Origin: a virus
Virus record (IMG/VR): IMGVR_UViG_3300012036_000004
Location: 37,736-101,735 of that record
Strand: one strand, 5' to 3'
Length of the DNA stretch: 64,000 nt
The notes beneath the pieces were generated by a model. That model was given only the letters and a program-made list of their open reading frames with translations, was not told the origin of the DNA and searched no databases. Shown one piece after another: positions 53,975 to 64,000 of the stretch. How positions within the stretch are numbered: position 1 is the first letter of the stretch; every line of letters starts with the position of its first letter. The position numbers and the translations under genes are program-made.

Positions 53975-56821
53975 CTACGCCTTGAATGGCTGCAGCGAGT
54001 TGTAGACCTTGCGTCGAAATGCGAGCAGTCTCTCTTCCCAATTGCGGCGCGTGTCCGTTCCAACGGGTCCGCAGGGTAGACCGTCTGCGCTCAGATTAAT
54101 AGGCTCAACAGGAACAGCGCTGAGGTTGAAGATTTTCACGTAATATTGCGCGCCTTTACCTTCCTTCTTGTTGCTCGGAGATCGGACTCCGTCTCGAACT
54201 CCTCGTGCTCCCTGAAGGTCGATGTACTGGTCAAGCGTGCAGATGGGGCGGCTTCCGTACGCAAAGGCTTTCAGCGAGTTGTTCATCAGCGGCTGGTATG
54301 AATCGTTGACGACGTAGGTCGGCGGCTCGGCGGTCTCGATATTCGGCGTGCCTTTGAGTAGCGGCTGCCCCGAGCTCCCCCGGAGTTCGCGGTTCAACTG
54401 GGCCGCATCGCGTTTTTTAGCTGCCTCGAGCTCAGCAGTCAGCTCAGAGAACTCTTCAACCTTTCGGTCGTAGGCATCTCGCGTCCCTGGCGAGTACTGA
54501 CGACGCTGAGCAGCGACAATCGTCGACAGGTCCTTCTTCGCCTGCTCGATGTCCGACGCGATGTCTTGCGGAGACCGATCGGTCTGCACTGCGTCTTCAG
54601 GGGGCTCCGTGAACCCGATGCGTTCCACTGTTCCATCCGGCTGGCGAATGCTGAGCACGTTGAAGATGTCGAAAATGATGGGGTCAGGCGTCGTAACCCC
54701 GGTGTCGCCCCAAAACATCGTCTGATAGTACTCGCGCGCCGGGTTGTTCACCTGGAAACGCTCTCGCAGCTCTCGAATCGGGTGTTGCGGGACCGCAGAC
54801 GGGGTCTCGGCCGTAATCTCAGTTACCCCGTCTTCGAAGTACTGGTCGCTCAGCGTCTGAAAGAACTCGCCGAACGTCTGCGCGTGGGTAAACGACACGC
54901 TCGTCGACATGCTCTCCTGTCCAAACTGGTGCTGGACCGATGTGAAGTAGCAGAACACGTGGTTGTTCGATTCTTCGTTGTCGATGACTACGCCAGGCAG
55001 CCCAGCCACCACATTCGGGTTGTACGGACCTGCGATGCCTCCGTTTCGCCGGCTTGCACGGGTTCGTTCGTGTTCGTAACGAGCGTAGATGCGCTGAATC
55101 GAGCCTTCCTGGTTCGGTGGACCCGAGCCGCGGTTTGCGAGGTGCCCAAACCAGGGCGGCGTCGTAATCTGATTGTAGACAGGGCCCTTGAAGTACTCCT
55201 CGAACTGAATCAGGAAGTTGTGGTGGTTGATTTTGGCGCCGGTTTGCCGGTCCACCAGGCGTTGGTTAGCCTGAAGCGGGTAACCCACTGTCAGAGCAAA
55301 CTTATCAAGCGCTGTCTTCGACGCTGACTGGCCTCCGTCGTTCAAAAGGTTGTAGATGTGCGGATCACCGATATAGGTCCGGGTCGGCTGAAGTGCAAAG
55401 TTCTCATCGTAGGTGAACTGCTCGTACATGCTCGGCCAGTAGACATTGAAACTCGGCGGCACCGAGAAAATCGTCTGCGGCTTCGTCATGTAGGACGCTA
55501 GCACCTTCTCAGACCCCTGCGCGTTGCTGGTAAGAAACCGCGTCTTCGTAACGGCTTCTTCTTTGGCCTGCTCCGCCTGTGCGACCCGTTGCTTTTGTCG
55601 CTCGAGCGCATCTTTGGTGCCGGGCGTCGGGTTTCGTTCTACAACGGCTTCCTGCTTCTTGAGCGCCTCTCGCGCATCCCGTAGCGCCTGGTCTGCTTCG
55701 ACGACGGGCTCCTGGAACGCGCTGTAGTCTCCTCCCTGAATCTTGAAGTTCTCCAGGTCCTCCTGCAGCGACACCACGAGCTGTGCTTGCTGTCGAAATA
55801 GCTCGTTGATCTCTTCAGTGGCGTTACTGCGTTGTGCGGCCGAAATCTCGGTCAGGCGTGCCCGCTCTTGCTTGAGTTCGTTCTGCAGTTCTTCGAGACT
55901 GACGTCGGAACGCTGTGTGTTCTGGAACTCTACCGAGGCAGGCTCGTTCGCGTCTGATTTGAATCCACCGATCACCTCTCGAGTGGCCTGATTGACGTTG
56001 AGCACCGGAGGATTCGGCAGCATCGCCAGCTCGTAGTAGACGTGCTGGAAGATGTTCTGGATAACCTGGTACATCGACCCGGTCATACCCAGTCGAGACG
56101 CTGCATCGGCCAATGCGTTGGTGCCCTCGGTGTACTGAGCCGCCCGGAAGATGGGAAACGCCGGCACTTCGCCTGTCGGAGCTACGGTCTCCACGTAGGC
56201 GCTGGGCACGAAGCGTTTACTGAACTGGGTTCGCTGGTTCCACGGCTTGAACCACTCCGTGATGATGACCGAGCGCTCGTTAGTAATGACCGTGTCGTCA
56301 AGCAGCAGGCGAAGCACGTTCTCGACGACGTCGTAAGGTCGCTTGATGTCGCCGTCGCCCGTCAGACCTGCACGCAGCAGAGAATGGTGCGGGGCAAACG
56401 GATTGACGACGCCACTGGCTGCCGCCTGGTCTTGTCCGACAGACCCTTTGGAGATAGACGCCAGGGTGGCGATGAAATGCGGGAAGATGCGCCCCAGTGC
56501 CTCGATCAGGTCGACTGCGGTGAACGAAATCGAGCGGCCTGTTGCTGTAGAGCGGTACTGGTACGCTACAATCTCGCCGTCAAACGCCAGGCGGAACGGA
56601 TCGCCTTCTTCAGGGTTGTTCGTCGAGCGGTACGGGTCGATGGCGAAGATAGTGACGCGCACGCGGTCGTCTGCCCCGACGCGCTGCATGATTTTGTCGG
56701 CCGGAATGGAGATCGACGCCTGCGGTATCTGCCACACACCGCTACTGACGCTGCAGCTCGTCGCAGGGATCTCAATCCCGTTGAAATAGACCACCCAACC
56801 CGCTCTGACATGATCTGACAT
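53975..56821 (-). CDS. Putative baseplate hub/tail protein
   Basis: Start MSDHVR (TAATG-coupled); VYFNGIEIP...FDGEIV...SF.AVD and NP.VVAGLPGVV...V.H.F patterns; tail-module context. Confidence 0.55.
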   Translation of the reverse strand: MSDHVRAGWVVYFNGIEIPATSCSVSSGVWQIPQASISIPADKIMQRVGADDRVRVTIFAIDPYRSTNNPEEGDPFRLAFDGEIVAYQYRSTATGRSISFTAVDLIEALGRIFPHFIATLASISKGSVGQDQAAASGVVNPFAPHHSLLRAGLTGDGDIKRPYDVVENVLRLLLDDTVITNERSVIITEWFKPWNQRTQFSKRFVPSAYVETVAPTGEVPAFPIFRAAQYTEGTNALADAASRLGMTGSMYQVIQNIFQHVYYELAMLPNPPVLNVNQATREVIGGFKSDANEPASVEFQNTQRSDVSLEELQNELKQERARLTEISAAQRSNATEEINELFRQQAQLVVSLQEDLENFKIQGGDYSAFQEPVVEADQALRDAREALKKQEAVVERNPTPGTKDALERQKQRVAQAEQAKEEAVTKTRFLTSNAQGSEKVLASYMTKPQTIFSVPPSFNVYWPSMYEQFTYDENFALQPTRTYIGDPHIYNLLNDGGQSASKTALDKFALTVGYPLQANQRLVDRQTGAKINHHNFLIQFEEYFKGPVYNQITTPPWFGHLANRGSGPPNQEGSIQRIYARYEHERTRASRRNGGIAGPYNPNVVAGLPGVVIDNEESNNHVFCYFTSVQHQFGQESMSTSVSFTHAQTFGEFFQTLSDQYFEDGVTEITAETPSAVPQHPIRELRERFQVNNPAREYYQTMFWGDTGVTTPDPIIFDIFNVLSIRQPDGTVERIGFTEPPEDAVQTDRSPQDIASDIEQAKKDLSTIVAAQRRQYSPGTRDAYDRKVEEFSELTAELEAAKKRDAAQLNRELRGSSGQPLLKGTPNIETAEPPTYVVNDSYQPLMNNSLKAFAYGSRPICTLDQYIDLQGARGVRDGVRSPSNKKEGKGAQYYVKIFNLSAVPVEPINLSADGLPCGPVGTDTRRNWEERLLAFRRKVYNSLQPFKA

Positions 56822-57282
56822 TATACGCTGACCAAGAATCCGAGATCGTTGTACGCACCTACGACACACATCCCAGCAACGACCTGAACTCGGTATCGCC
56901 CGTCGTCCTGAAGGAACGTATCGAGCCACATGTCCGTAATTGCCGGGTCCAGCCCCGCATTGCGAAGGTCAGCCATCGCAGGCCGCACCACTCCGTAGTA
57001 TGGGGCAAGCGTTCGGTCAACCTCGAGCAGACGACGCTTCGTTCTAAAAAGAGTCGACCGGTAGACGTCGGAGAAGTAACCCTCGAACAGCGCCCCGGGC
57101 TCAAACTGCGCCGCAATCTGCACCAGTCGGCGTGCGCGAGCCGTAGCGTTGTTGTCCGTCAGAGTCAGGGGCAGTGCGACTTGCAGCAGATTATCGAGAC
57201 GGCGAATGCTTACGCCGTTGATGAGCTGCTCTTCGAGTGCTGTCGTCACCAGGTCTGTGTCCTCGGCGTACTCATCAGGCAT
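56821..57282 (-). CDS. Hypothetical tail-module protein
   Basis: 153 aa, coupled. Confidence 0.65.
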   Translation of the reverse strand: MPDEYAEDTDLVTTALEEQLINGVSIRRLDNLLQVALPLTLTDNNATARARRLVQIAAQFEPGALFEGYFSDVYRSTLFRTKRRLLEVDRTLAPYYGVVRPAMADLRNAGLDPAITDMWLDTFLQDDGRYRVQVVAGMCVVGAYNDLGFLVSV

Positions 57283-58225
57283 TCAAGAGCTCCGGTGGAG
57301 GAAGCGGCACCTGCGAGCCTGAGCGGAACAGGTCTTCTGTGCGCTGGTTGGTGGGTACCACGCCGGTCTTCTCTTCGATTTCAGCCGGGTTGTAGCCCGT
57401 ACGAATCCCCAGGTCGAGGTCAGGGACCAGATTGCCTGTCTGAGCGCGTTGCCGAGCGTCCCCAAGCGAGGGAAGCGTCAGTGTTTCGCTCTGCAGCGTC
57501 TGGTCATCCAGCGAATCGAGCTGCGAGTCCTGCTGTTGACGTAGAATGTCTCGTGCGCTTGCGAGCTCGAGCGACTCCGTGACTCGAACGGCGACCTGGA
57601 CCTCTTTGACCAACAGCGAGAAGCTACCGGAGACCGAGAGCTCGTTGCTCGCCCTGAGCGCTGTCTGCGTATTGGTCAGAGAACCGATGACACGTCGAGT
57701 GTCGTAGGCCAACGTGACGGGCGTACCTGCCTCAGCGAGTCGAGTTCCGCGGATGATGTTCTCGTAGACGATGTTCCAGGCGTCGTACCACTCATCCTGC
57801 TGCGAGTTGATGAGCCCGATCTGATAGGACCACACCGGAGCGGCCTGCCCGAAGAAATAAGCGATGTGCCCGTCGCTCAGAACCTCGGAGACCTGTACCT
57901 TCTCGCGAAGTGGCTCTTGGGCTGCCTGCAGGAAGAAGCTCAGGTAGCCCTTTCCGCCGCTCGAGCCGAACGTTCGTGCCATCGCCTGTGCGTACCCTCT
58001 CGCTCGAGGCGGGATAGCATCCAGGTAGTTCCGGTAGGCTGCCGGGTCCGAAATATCGATGTACAGCCGAGCCTGTGTATCCAGCGTCTCCAGGTGGTTC
58101 GATGCGTTGTACTTCGGCGTAGCTGCCGGGTACGTCGCATAGACTCCTTTCTGCGCGTTGGGGTCGTCGCTGTTGAGCTGTTTGTCGGGCGCCGGATCAT
58201 TTCCGCCGTAAATAGGACCGCTCAT
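57275..58225 (-). CDS. Putative tail-tube initiator/baseplate protein
   Basis: FFLQ..QE..REK.Q...AYFFG; follows the tape measure. Confidence 0.5.
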   Translation of the reverse strand: MSGPIYGGNDPAPDKQLNSDDPNAQKGVYATYPAATPKYNASNHLETLDTQARLYIDISDPAAYRNYLDAIPPRARGYAQAMARTFGSSGGKGYLSFFLQAAQEPLREKVQVSEVLSDGHIAYFFGQAAPVWSYQIGLINSQQDEWYDAWNIVYENIIRGTRLAEAGTPVTLAYDTRRVIGSLTNTQTALRASNELSVSGSFSLLVKEVQVAVRVTESLELASARDILRQQQDSQLDSLDDQTLQSETLTLPSLGDARQRAQTGNLVPDLDLGIRTGYNPAEIEEKTGVVPTNQRTEDLFRSGSQVPLPPPELLNA

Positions 58226-58452
58226 CGGGACACCCTCTGGGTCACAGTCGGAATGAAGGTCTTCTGGTCAACCAGAAGCTGCGCTCGAGACACCAGGCTC
58301 GGCATGGTAATCTTGGCTCGCTGTCGAACGCGGTGGTTCTGCGTGATATTGCGGTGATACATGCGAAGAACCTCAGGCGCGCGGGCGTGCACGAGCTTGT
58401 AGGTCTGCTGTCGAATCTGAGGACGCTGTGCTGTGGAGTTGATGACTGGCAT
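58222..58452 (-). CDS. Small basic hypothetical protein
   Basis: 76 aa, coupled on both sides. Confidence 0.6.
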   Translation of the reverse strand: MPVINSTAQRPQIRQQTYKLVHARAPEVLRMYHRNITQNHRVRQRAKITMPSLVSRAQLLVDQKTFIPTVTQRVSR

Positions 58453-61400
58453 CAGAAGTTCCTGGGTGTCTTAGGTGTTTCACGGGGAGAGCCGCCGCTT
58501 CCTCGTTGCTTCTCCATCATGGAGTCCGCTCCGCTCTTTGACAAATTCGAGTTCAGCGTGTTCACAGCGCTTGTCAGGTTGCCTATCGCGCCTGTGTTCT
58601 GCCGGGTCGCGCCGTTGAGCGAAGCGAAGATCTTACGCTGAGCCTGGATTCTGGCCGCTTGTTCTTGAGTCGCTGCGTTCGTAGCGCCTTTCTTCGAGGA
58701 CAGCTCGATGCTGCCTGAGCCTGCACCCGTCTCCTGAGCGGTGAGTGCTGCAAATTCATTGAGGGCCTCGTCCGACATGTCACCTGATTTGGCCAATGCG
58801 ACAGCTTCGTCGCCGAGCACCGATCGGTACTGCTCCAGCGTGTCTCCTTCGGCCGTTGCAACGCGGGACATCAAGTCTTCATCGTCCTCCACGCCCTCTG
58901 TAAGCGACCCATCGACGTCTCCGAGTGCCGCCCGTGTTGCTGCGAAGCGTTCTACTGATTTGACGCCTTCCCCAGCAGTCTGGACCTGGCCGAGCGTCTG
59001 CTCCATGTGCTTGAGCATCTCTTCGGGAGACATCTTGTTCATGTCGCCCATCGACTTGCCGCCGCCAACGAATCCCTCGATGTTGGCGATGAGCGCATCC
59101 CGCGTCTCGGGCTTCATATTCGCAACGAGCTTCTTGGCGTTCTCGAACTTCGCATGAGCCTGGTCGTCGACTTTTACGAGCTCTTTGAACAGACGTTCGG
59201 CTACCTGACGGTTCTCAGAGCCGCCTTTCTGCAACAGAGCAGCGATAGCGAGATACTTCCGTGATCCCTCGGTGCCTGATCCAGCGATAGCTGTGACCGC
59301 TTCCTTTTCCCCTCGGCTCAGGTCGTCATATTCATCCAGACCCACGGTGTCGAGTGCCTCGTTCAGGCGATCTCCCGCTGCAGCGCCGCTTCTGAGGTAC
59401 TGCTGACCAATGCGTTCTGTCATTCCAGCACGCGTCACGTCTCGGAACTTCGTTTCGAACTCCTGAGCGTCCTCGTTGGTCATAAACAGGGTCGCTTCTT
59501 TGATGAGAGCGCCTTTAGCCTCTGGGCTCAGATTGCGAATCTCTCGAACCGACTTGCCAGTGGCTTCGGCGAGTCGTTCGTCGCTCATCGCCTTGTCGTC
59601 CGTATCGAACACATTCGTGTCGAACAACATCTTCACGCCGCTCTGGCCAAGACCCTTCGACTCGAGCCATTCTTCGCCCTGGCCTGCGCCTAGCGCCGAG
59701 CCTGCTTCTACGAGGCCATCTCGTCCTAGTAGTGACTCGAGCTCCGCGCGTCCCTCCGCAAGGGCTTCTGTGTCCCCTCCGAACGCTATTTTGTGTGCGC
59801 GGATCAGTGCGTCGTCCTGGCGTCGTCTGTCTTCGGTGGACTGTGTGCCTTGCCCGGCGAGACCCATGATATTCAGCAGGCTATCTTCGTTCTGCCCTGC
59901 CATGTCCTGAATCGTCCCAATGACGCCGCCTCGATTGCGTAGATACCGACTCATGGCTCGCTCATCGCCAAAGACGGCAGTCTGGCGATCGATGGCGCCG
60001 CCTGCAGCTTCCAGTCCGCCTCGAAGCCCTTGCCCTACCGCAGTGTCTCCGAGTAAGGCTCGTTGATGCTCCGTCACACCCAGCGTTCCGAGCGCCATCG
60101 AGCCTCGAACGAGTTTGTTGTCGAAGATCTGCGTGACGGTATCGCTTCGGTATTCTTGCGTAGTGCCCTGGTCGCCTCGAAGGCCCTGCACGCCAGAGAA
60201 TCCTTCGACATCGACCCCGCGAGTGAAGCGCGTCACGCCGACTGCTTGCAAACGTCGGTCTTCTTCGAGCTGGGTAAAGAAATCCGACACCTCTCGTTGT
60301 TTGCGATCGAGGAAACTTGTCGGGCCTTCGAAATTGATGCCCTGTCTGGCCAAAAACCCTGCGCTTCCCACTCCCGCTCGATCTTGCTTATCCGCCTCGA
60401 ACTCTCTGCGTCGCATTTCGGCGTCCATCTGGGACACCACGCCCTGCTGAAATTTCCGATCGGACATTCGACCGACGAGGGCGCCGACCTCTTCGTCGTA
60501 GAGGCTCGTAGCGGCGGCTCGCACGCTTAGCTGACCTCCGGTTTGCTTGGACAGGTCCATAGCGGCCTGTAGCGCAGCACGTTGCACGCCTTCCGGGCCC
60601 ATTTGCTTGCCGAGCTGCGTCGTGAGCTCCTTCATTTGACTGAGCATGTCGGCCAGGTCCGTTGGCGACATGTCTCGATTGGCTCCCTGGCGTAGTGCTT
60701 CCTCGTACCCGATCTCTCCGGACGTCAGCTTGTCGACGCGGCTCTGGTCGATGGTAAATCGTCCCGTGTTCGGGTTCCGGTCTCCTACGACGTAGCTCAT
60801 CAACGGTTTGGACACCTTCGATAAGTACGCGGCGTTGAGTTCGGCCATCGTCTGGCCTACGCCTTCGGTACCGCCGTACAAGTCGAGGTCTTGCTCACTG
60901 AATGCGCCTCCAGCTACGAGTTGGCGTGACTGCGATGCCGTAAACATCCGGGTCTGCATACCGATGCCTGCGCCGAGTCCCGATGCCTTGAACATCTGCG
61001 CGCCTTGCAGGCCTTCGTTCTGCATGAGCTGGTCAATGTCCATGCCAGCCATGCGAGCGTACTGATCCATGTTGCGAACTGCCTGCTGCTGGTCAGCGAG
61101 GCCGATTCCCATTCGACTGAGTGCTCCCATCTTCTTGATGTTGTTCATGAAGTCCGGGTCGCCCGTAATCTCGGCGATAGACCCTAACACCTTGGACATC
61201 GTCTTCGTCGTCTCAACGATCTGGTCTGCATTCTGAGCCCAGTCCATCAGACCCTGCTCACCGCCTGCCTGCATGAGGTTGATCGCGTCTTTTCGCGTCA
61301 GATTCCCGCCGCTCTGGTCTGCAATCGAATCCATGCCGCGCGTTAGGCGCTGCGCGGCTACGCCAGAGAGCCCGGTGCCGCTAATGTCGACATCTGTCCC

Positions 61401-62360
61401 TCCGCCAATCAAAAATTGACGAGATGCATACTGCCCCTGGATTGCATCAGCACGTCGCTGCAACGCAGGCTCGAAAATCGCCTGGGTCGCCTGAGTAACG
61501 CCCGGAATGTCCTTGGCGAAGCCCGCCATCGAAAGACCGATCTCTGCGCCTGTGATAGCGCCGCCAGGGCCGGCCAGCCATCCACCGATGGTTGCGCCTG
61601 CTGCCGTCGTGACTGGAGCAGCGACAGCGCTAACGCCAAGACCTGCGACCTCTTCTGCGTAGGCGTTGTAGCCCTGCTCGAGCAGTCGAGATGTCTCCAG
61701 GCCCTCATACAGCGCAGAGTCGTAGGCTCGATTGAACTGCAGCGACGGGCGCGTTCGCTGGAAGACGTCCATCGGCAAGAATGCGTTCGGAACACCCTGG
61801 CCTCCTCCCGGTAGCCCCAGTGGAACGGTCGTCCGGCGGTCCATCAGCACGTCTCGACGCATGTTGCCGTACTGCGCCCCCATCATCATGTTGGTGTCGG
61901 GCATCATGCCGCCCTGCTGCGACATGTACTGCGCCATAGCAGGGTTGGAGATCTGATTCATCTGTGCCTGCATCATGCCCTGTTGGAACATGCCCCCTTG
62001 CGGTGCCATAGGCATCGGCGGGGGAGGCGGCGCCATCATGGGAGGCGGCTGTGTCGCCATCATCGGCACAGGACCCGCAGTCGGCGGGCCCATCTGCACG
62101 CCAGGCATCTGATTCGATGCGAATGCCTGCGACGGATTGACTGCTCCTGCCGGGTTGGGAGGCGCAGCGGGTTGTTGGATGTAGTTCGGCAGCACCGGAG
62201 GAGGTGGTGGCACGAACGTGGGGGCAGGCGGAGGCGGCGGAATGGTCGACGCCGAGCCAAGAGGGGTCATCACCGACTGATTCAGCAAGGCAGCAGTCTG
62301 CTGACCGCCTTCAAAGCCGGTGATAACCTCGCTGAGTGTTCTTGCGTAGTCTTCTGCCAC
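58452..62360 (-). CDS. Putative tail tape measure protein
   Basis: 1302 aa, A/G/Q/M-rich helical, upstream of hub genes; Pro-rich N-terminus. Confidence 0.65.
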   Translation of the reverse strand: MAEDYARTLSEVITGFEGGQQTAALLNQSVMTPLGSASTIPPPPPAPTFVPPPPPVLPNYIQQPAAPPNPAGAVNPSQAFASNQMPGVQMGPPTAGPVPMMATQPPPMMAPPPPPMPMAPQGGMFQQGMMQAQMNQISNPAMAQYMSQQGGMMPDTNMMMGAQYGNMRRDVLMDRRTTVPLGLPGGGQGVPNAFLPMDVFQRTRPSLQFNRAYDSALYEGLETSRLLEQGYNAYAEEVAGLGVSAVAAPVTTAAGATIGGWLAGPGGAITGAEIGLSMAGFAKDIPGVTQATQAIFEPALQRRADAIQGQYASRQFLIGGGTDVDISGTGLSGVAAQRLTRGMDSIADQSGGNLTRKDAINLMQAGGEQGLMDWAQNADQIVETTKTMSKVLGSIAEITGDPDFMNNIKKMGALSRMGIGLADQQQAVRNMDQYARMAGMDIDQLMQNEGLQGAQMFKASGLGAGIGMQTRMFTASQSRQLVAGGAFSEQDLDLYGGTEGVGQTMAELNAAYLSKVSKPLMSYVVGDRNPNTGRFTIDQSRVDKLTSGEIGYEEALRQGANRDMSPTDLADMLSQMKELTTQLGKQMGPEGVQRAALQAAMDLSKQTGGQLSVRAAATSLYDEEVGALVGRMSDRKFQQGVVSQMDAEMRRREFEADKQDRAGVGSAGFLARQGINFEGPTSFLDRKQREVSDFFTQLEEDRRLQAVGVTRFTRGVDVEGFSGVQGLRGDQGTTQEYRSDTVTQIFDNKLVRGSMALGTLGVTEHQRALLGDTAVGQGLRGGLEAAGGAIDRQTAVFGDERAMSRYLRNRGGVIGTIQDMAGQNEDSLLNIMGLAGQGTQSTEDRRRQDDALIRAHKIAFGGDTEALAEGRAELESLLGRDGLVEAGSALGAGQGEEWLESKGLGQSGVKMLFDTNVFDTDDKAMSDERLAEATGKSVREIRNLSPEAKGALIKEATLFMTNEDAQEFETKFRDVTRAGMTERIGQQYLRSGAAAGDRLNEALDTVGLDEYDDLSRGEKEAVTAIAGSGTEGSRKYLAIAALLQKGGSENRQVAERLFKELVKVDDQAHAKFENAKKLVANMKPETRDALIANIEGFVGGGKSMGDMNKMSPEEMLKHMEQTLGQVQTAGEGVKSVERFAATRAALGDVDGSLTEGVEDDEDLMSRVATAEGDTLEQYRSVLGDEAVALAKSGDMSDEALNEFAALTAQETGAGSGSIELSSKKGATNAATQEQAARIQAQRKIFASLNGATRQNTGAIGNLTSAVNTLNSNLSKSGADSMMEKQRGSGGSPRETPKTPRNF

Positions 62361-62419
62361 GTGCGCCTCCGGAACTCGGTGGAGTCTACCAGACGACCAC
62401 GCTCAGCAGAAGATGTGCC

Positions 62420-62716
62420 TTACTCGTTGACGAGATCTTTGAACGTGGGAGCGGGCTTGAACTTCACCACGTTACGCGCTGCGATGGTCATCGGCTCGCC
62501 GGTCTGAGGATTTCGGCCCTGTCGTTCTTTGCGATGACCTCGCTTGAACGTTCCGAAGCCTGGATAGGCGAAGCGGCCCGTCGTTGCGACCTCTTTGGAC
62601 ATCAGATCGAAGACGCTGTCGAGGATTTCCCCGGTAGCCTTCTTGGTGAGCTCCACGCCGGCATCTTCTGCGCGGCTTTGAACAGCGTCGATTACTTCTT
62701 GCTTGGTCAAACTCAT
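62420..62716 (-). CDS. hup: HU/IHF-family DNA-binding protein
   Basis: GFGTF...R.ERQGRNPQTGE.M.IAA..VVKFKP...KD.VN. Confidence 0.93.
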   Translation of the reverse strand: MSLTKQEVIDAVQSRAEDAGVELTKKATGEILDSVFDLMSKEVATTGRFAYPGFGTFKRGHRKERQGRNPQTGEPMTIAARNVVKFKPAPTFKDLVNE

Positions 62717-62755
62717 ACGTTTCTCCTGTGTTGAGGGGTGTATCTACCCAGATGG

Positions 62756-63232
62756 TTAGTACGTGACAGGTTCGGCGTGTCCAGTACGGACCAGCGCTTC
62801 ATTGAGCGACTCACCTTCACCGTCGGTGCGGTGTACGGAGCAAATCCAGCGTCCGTACTTGCCCTTGCCGGCATCAAACGTTCGGATGACGACTCGAGGG
62901 AACTTAGAAGACCCCAGCGGAGTCTCGAACTCTTCAATCTCGGCGTGCTCTTCAATCCACGCCCGTGTGTACTCGGTAGCGGACACGCCAGCCTTGTATT
63001 CAGCGCTCGACTTCTTCACGCCGTACTTCTCAGGTGTGTCGACCCCTGCAAGACGGAACTTGTCCTGGTGCCACTCTCCGAAGCCCAGATCCACGAGCAG
63101 CTCGAGCGTATCACCATCAACGACACGCAGTACTCGAGCGTAGCGTTCATAGCGGTCCTGTACTTTCTCCTCGGTTTTCAGCAAGAATGCCTTTGCCTTG
63201 CCGTGTGCGAACTTGCGTTTTTTGCGTCCCAT
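62756..63232 (-). CDS. Thermonuclease (SNase-like)
   Basis: RVVDGDT...DLGF...RLAGVDTPE...GKYGRW...LNEALV..GHA. Confidence 0.9.
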   Translation of the reverse strand: MGRKKRKFAHGKAKAFLLKTEEKVQDRYERYARVLRVVDGDTLELLVDLGFGEWHQDKFRLAGVDTPEKYGVKKSSAEYKAGVSATEYTRAWIEEHAEIEEFETPLGSSKFPRVVIRTFDAGKGKYGRWICSVHRTDGEGESLNEALVRTGHAEPVTY

Positions 63233-63269
63233 CAGATCTCCGTAGTAGGTAGCCTAGTGGCCTTGGATT

Positions 63270-63497
63270 ATGTCAGACGAAATCACAAAAGTAAGCCCAC
63301 CGAAGGCCGCCATCCTGATTCCTAAAATCATCGGAAAAGTGAGTGAAATGAGCACCCTATCGGAAATGAGCGAAGACGAATTTGAAGACTTCATGGACGA
63401 AATAGAATACTGGGCGCAGAAGCCAGCGCCACCCGAAGGCCAGGAGCCGATTGCAGCGCCACCTGGCGGGCACCCGGAGTCCGCGTCGCTCGAGTGA
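63270..63497 (+). CDS. Hypothetical protein (conflicts with the minus-strand ORF 63357-63635)
   Basis: 75-aa acidic ORF; which strand is coding is ambiguous. Confidence 0.35.
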   Translation: MSDEITKVSPPKAAILIPKIIGKVSEMSTLSEMSEDEFEDFMDEIEYWAQKPAPPEGQEPIAAPPGGHPESASLE

Positions 63498-63631
63498 CTT
63501 GCGATACCGGTAGCGCCGGAACGCTCCGTAGAGCTGACGAAGCGCAGCGCTCCATATCTCGATCGTGATGACAGCTGCTGCCATCCCACCGAAAACGAAC
63601 AAAAGAAGCGTAGTCTCAGCGTCGATTGGTC

Positions 63632-63787
63632 TCATTTTAGCTTATCCTCTTGGTCTTCACGCCAGTCTTCCATACGACGGTGGTGTCTCACGTTCGTCAG
63701 CATCAGTACGACGTGAAGAATGACGGCAATCGCAGCGAATCCTGTTCCAATGAGGAGTAGTCCGTGCTGTTGGAGAAACTCTTCCAT
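63632..63787 (-). CDS. Small membrane protein, 51 aa
   Basis: MEEFLQQHGLLLIGTGFAAIAVILHVVLMLTNVRHHRR...; follows the Tad1-like gene. Confidence 0.55.
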   Translation of the reverse strand: MEEFLQQHGLLLIGTGFAAIAVILHVVLMLTNVRHHRRMEDWREDQEDKLK

Positions 63788-63789
63788 GT

Positions 63790-63999
63790 CTACTTCGTGT
63801 TGGTGCCGAGGACACCACGTTTAGCCCGGTTTTCCACGCGCTCCTGGGTCGCTTCGAGCGCTCCCTTGAGGCGCATGAGCATTCGGTCGTTTTCTTCGCA
63901 GGGATACGGCCCTGCCTGGAAACTCTCGATGCGATCGATGAGCACGACGAGGACGGCGGCTTCTGTGACGCCGTGTATGCTATTCTCGCCCAGGGGCGG
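63790..63999 (-). CDS. tad1: Tad1-like anti-Thoeris sponge protein (5' truncated)
   Basis: Manual translation ...HGVTEAAVLVVLIDRIESFQAGPYPCEEN...ALE..QERVENRAKRGVLGTNTK* matches the Tad1 C-terminal pattern as I recall it. Confidence 0.75.
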   Translation of the reverse strand, partial: PPLGENSIHGVTEAAVLVVLIDRIESFQAGPYPCEENDRMLMRLKGALEATQERVENRAKRGVLGTNTK

Positions 64000-64000
64000 C

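Noticed and set aside
1-64000. Alternative genetic code, tRNA/rRNA genes, IS elements
   Set aside because: TAA, TAG and TGA all end well-supported genes with dense coding. No tRNA, rRNA or transposase was recognised by eye; tRNAscan was not run.

Overview
This is a dense, GC-rich segment of a large (probably jumbo) contractile-tailed bacteriophage. Plus-strand genes cover replication and recombination: SNF2 helicase, two Cas4/RecB-like nucleases, ParB-like protein, primase-helicase, a family A DNA polymerase with a UDG-like N-terminus, a MoxR AAA/vWA pair, a retron-type reverse transcriptase and RuvC. These are interleaved with minus-strand virion and transcription genes: a single-chain beta-beta' RNA polymerase, portal, terminase, baseplate and tail proteins, tape measure, a Nudix-sigma factor fusion, HU, SNase and a Tad1-like sponge. 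The main finding is the 537-bp interval 23064-23600, a tandem array of four retron-like msr/msd cassettes. Each cassette has its own flanking inverted repeat, an unpaired G, an identical 17-nt UUU-triloop hairpin and a different downstream hairpin region. A retron-type RT with no adjacent ncRNA lies 7.2 kb downstream on the same strand. A second system is a family of nine ORFs sharing a 15-aa (M/L)x(P)(F/Y)ExGYxxF(M/L)KxA tag on diverse cargoes (HiPIP, 2H phosphoesterase, Gly-rich proteins). All calls come from manual motif recognition; no database searches were run.
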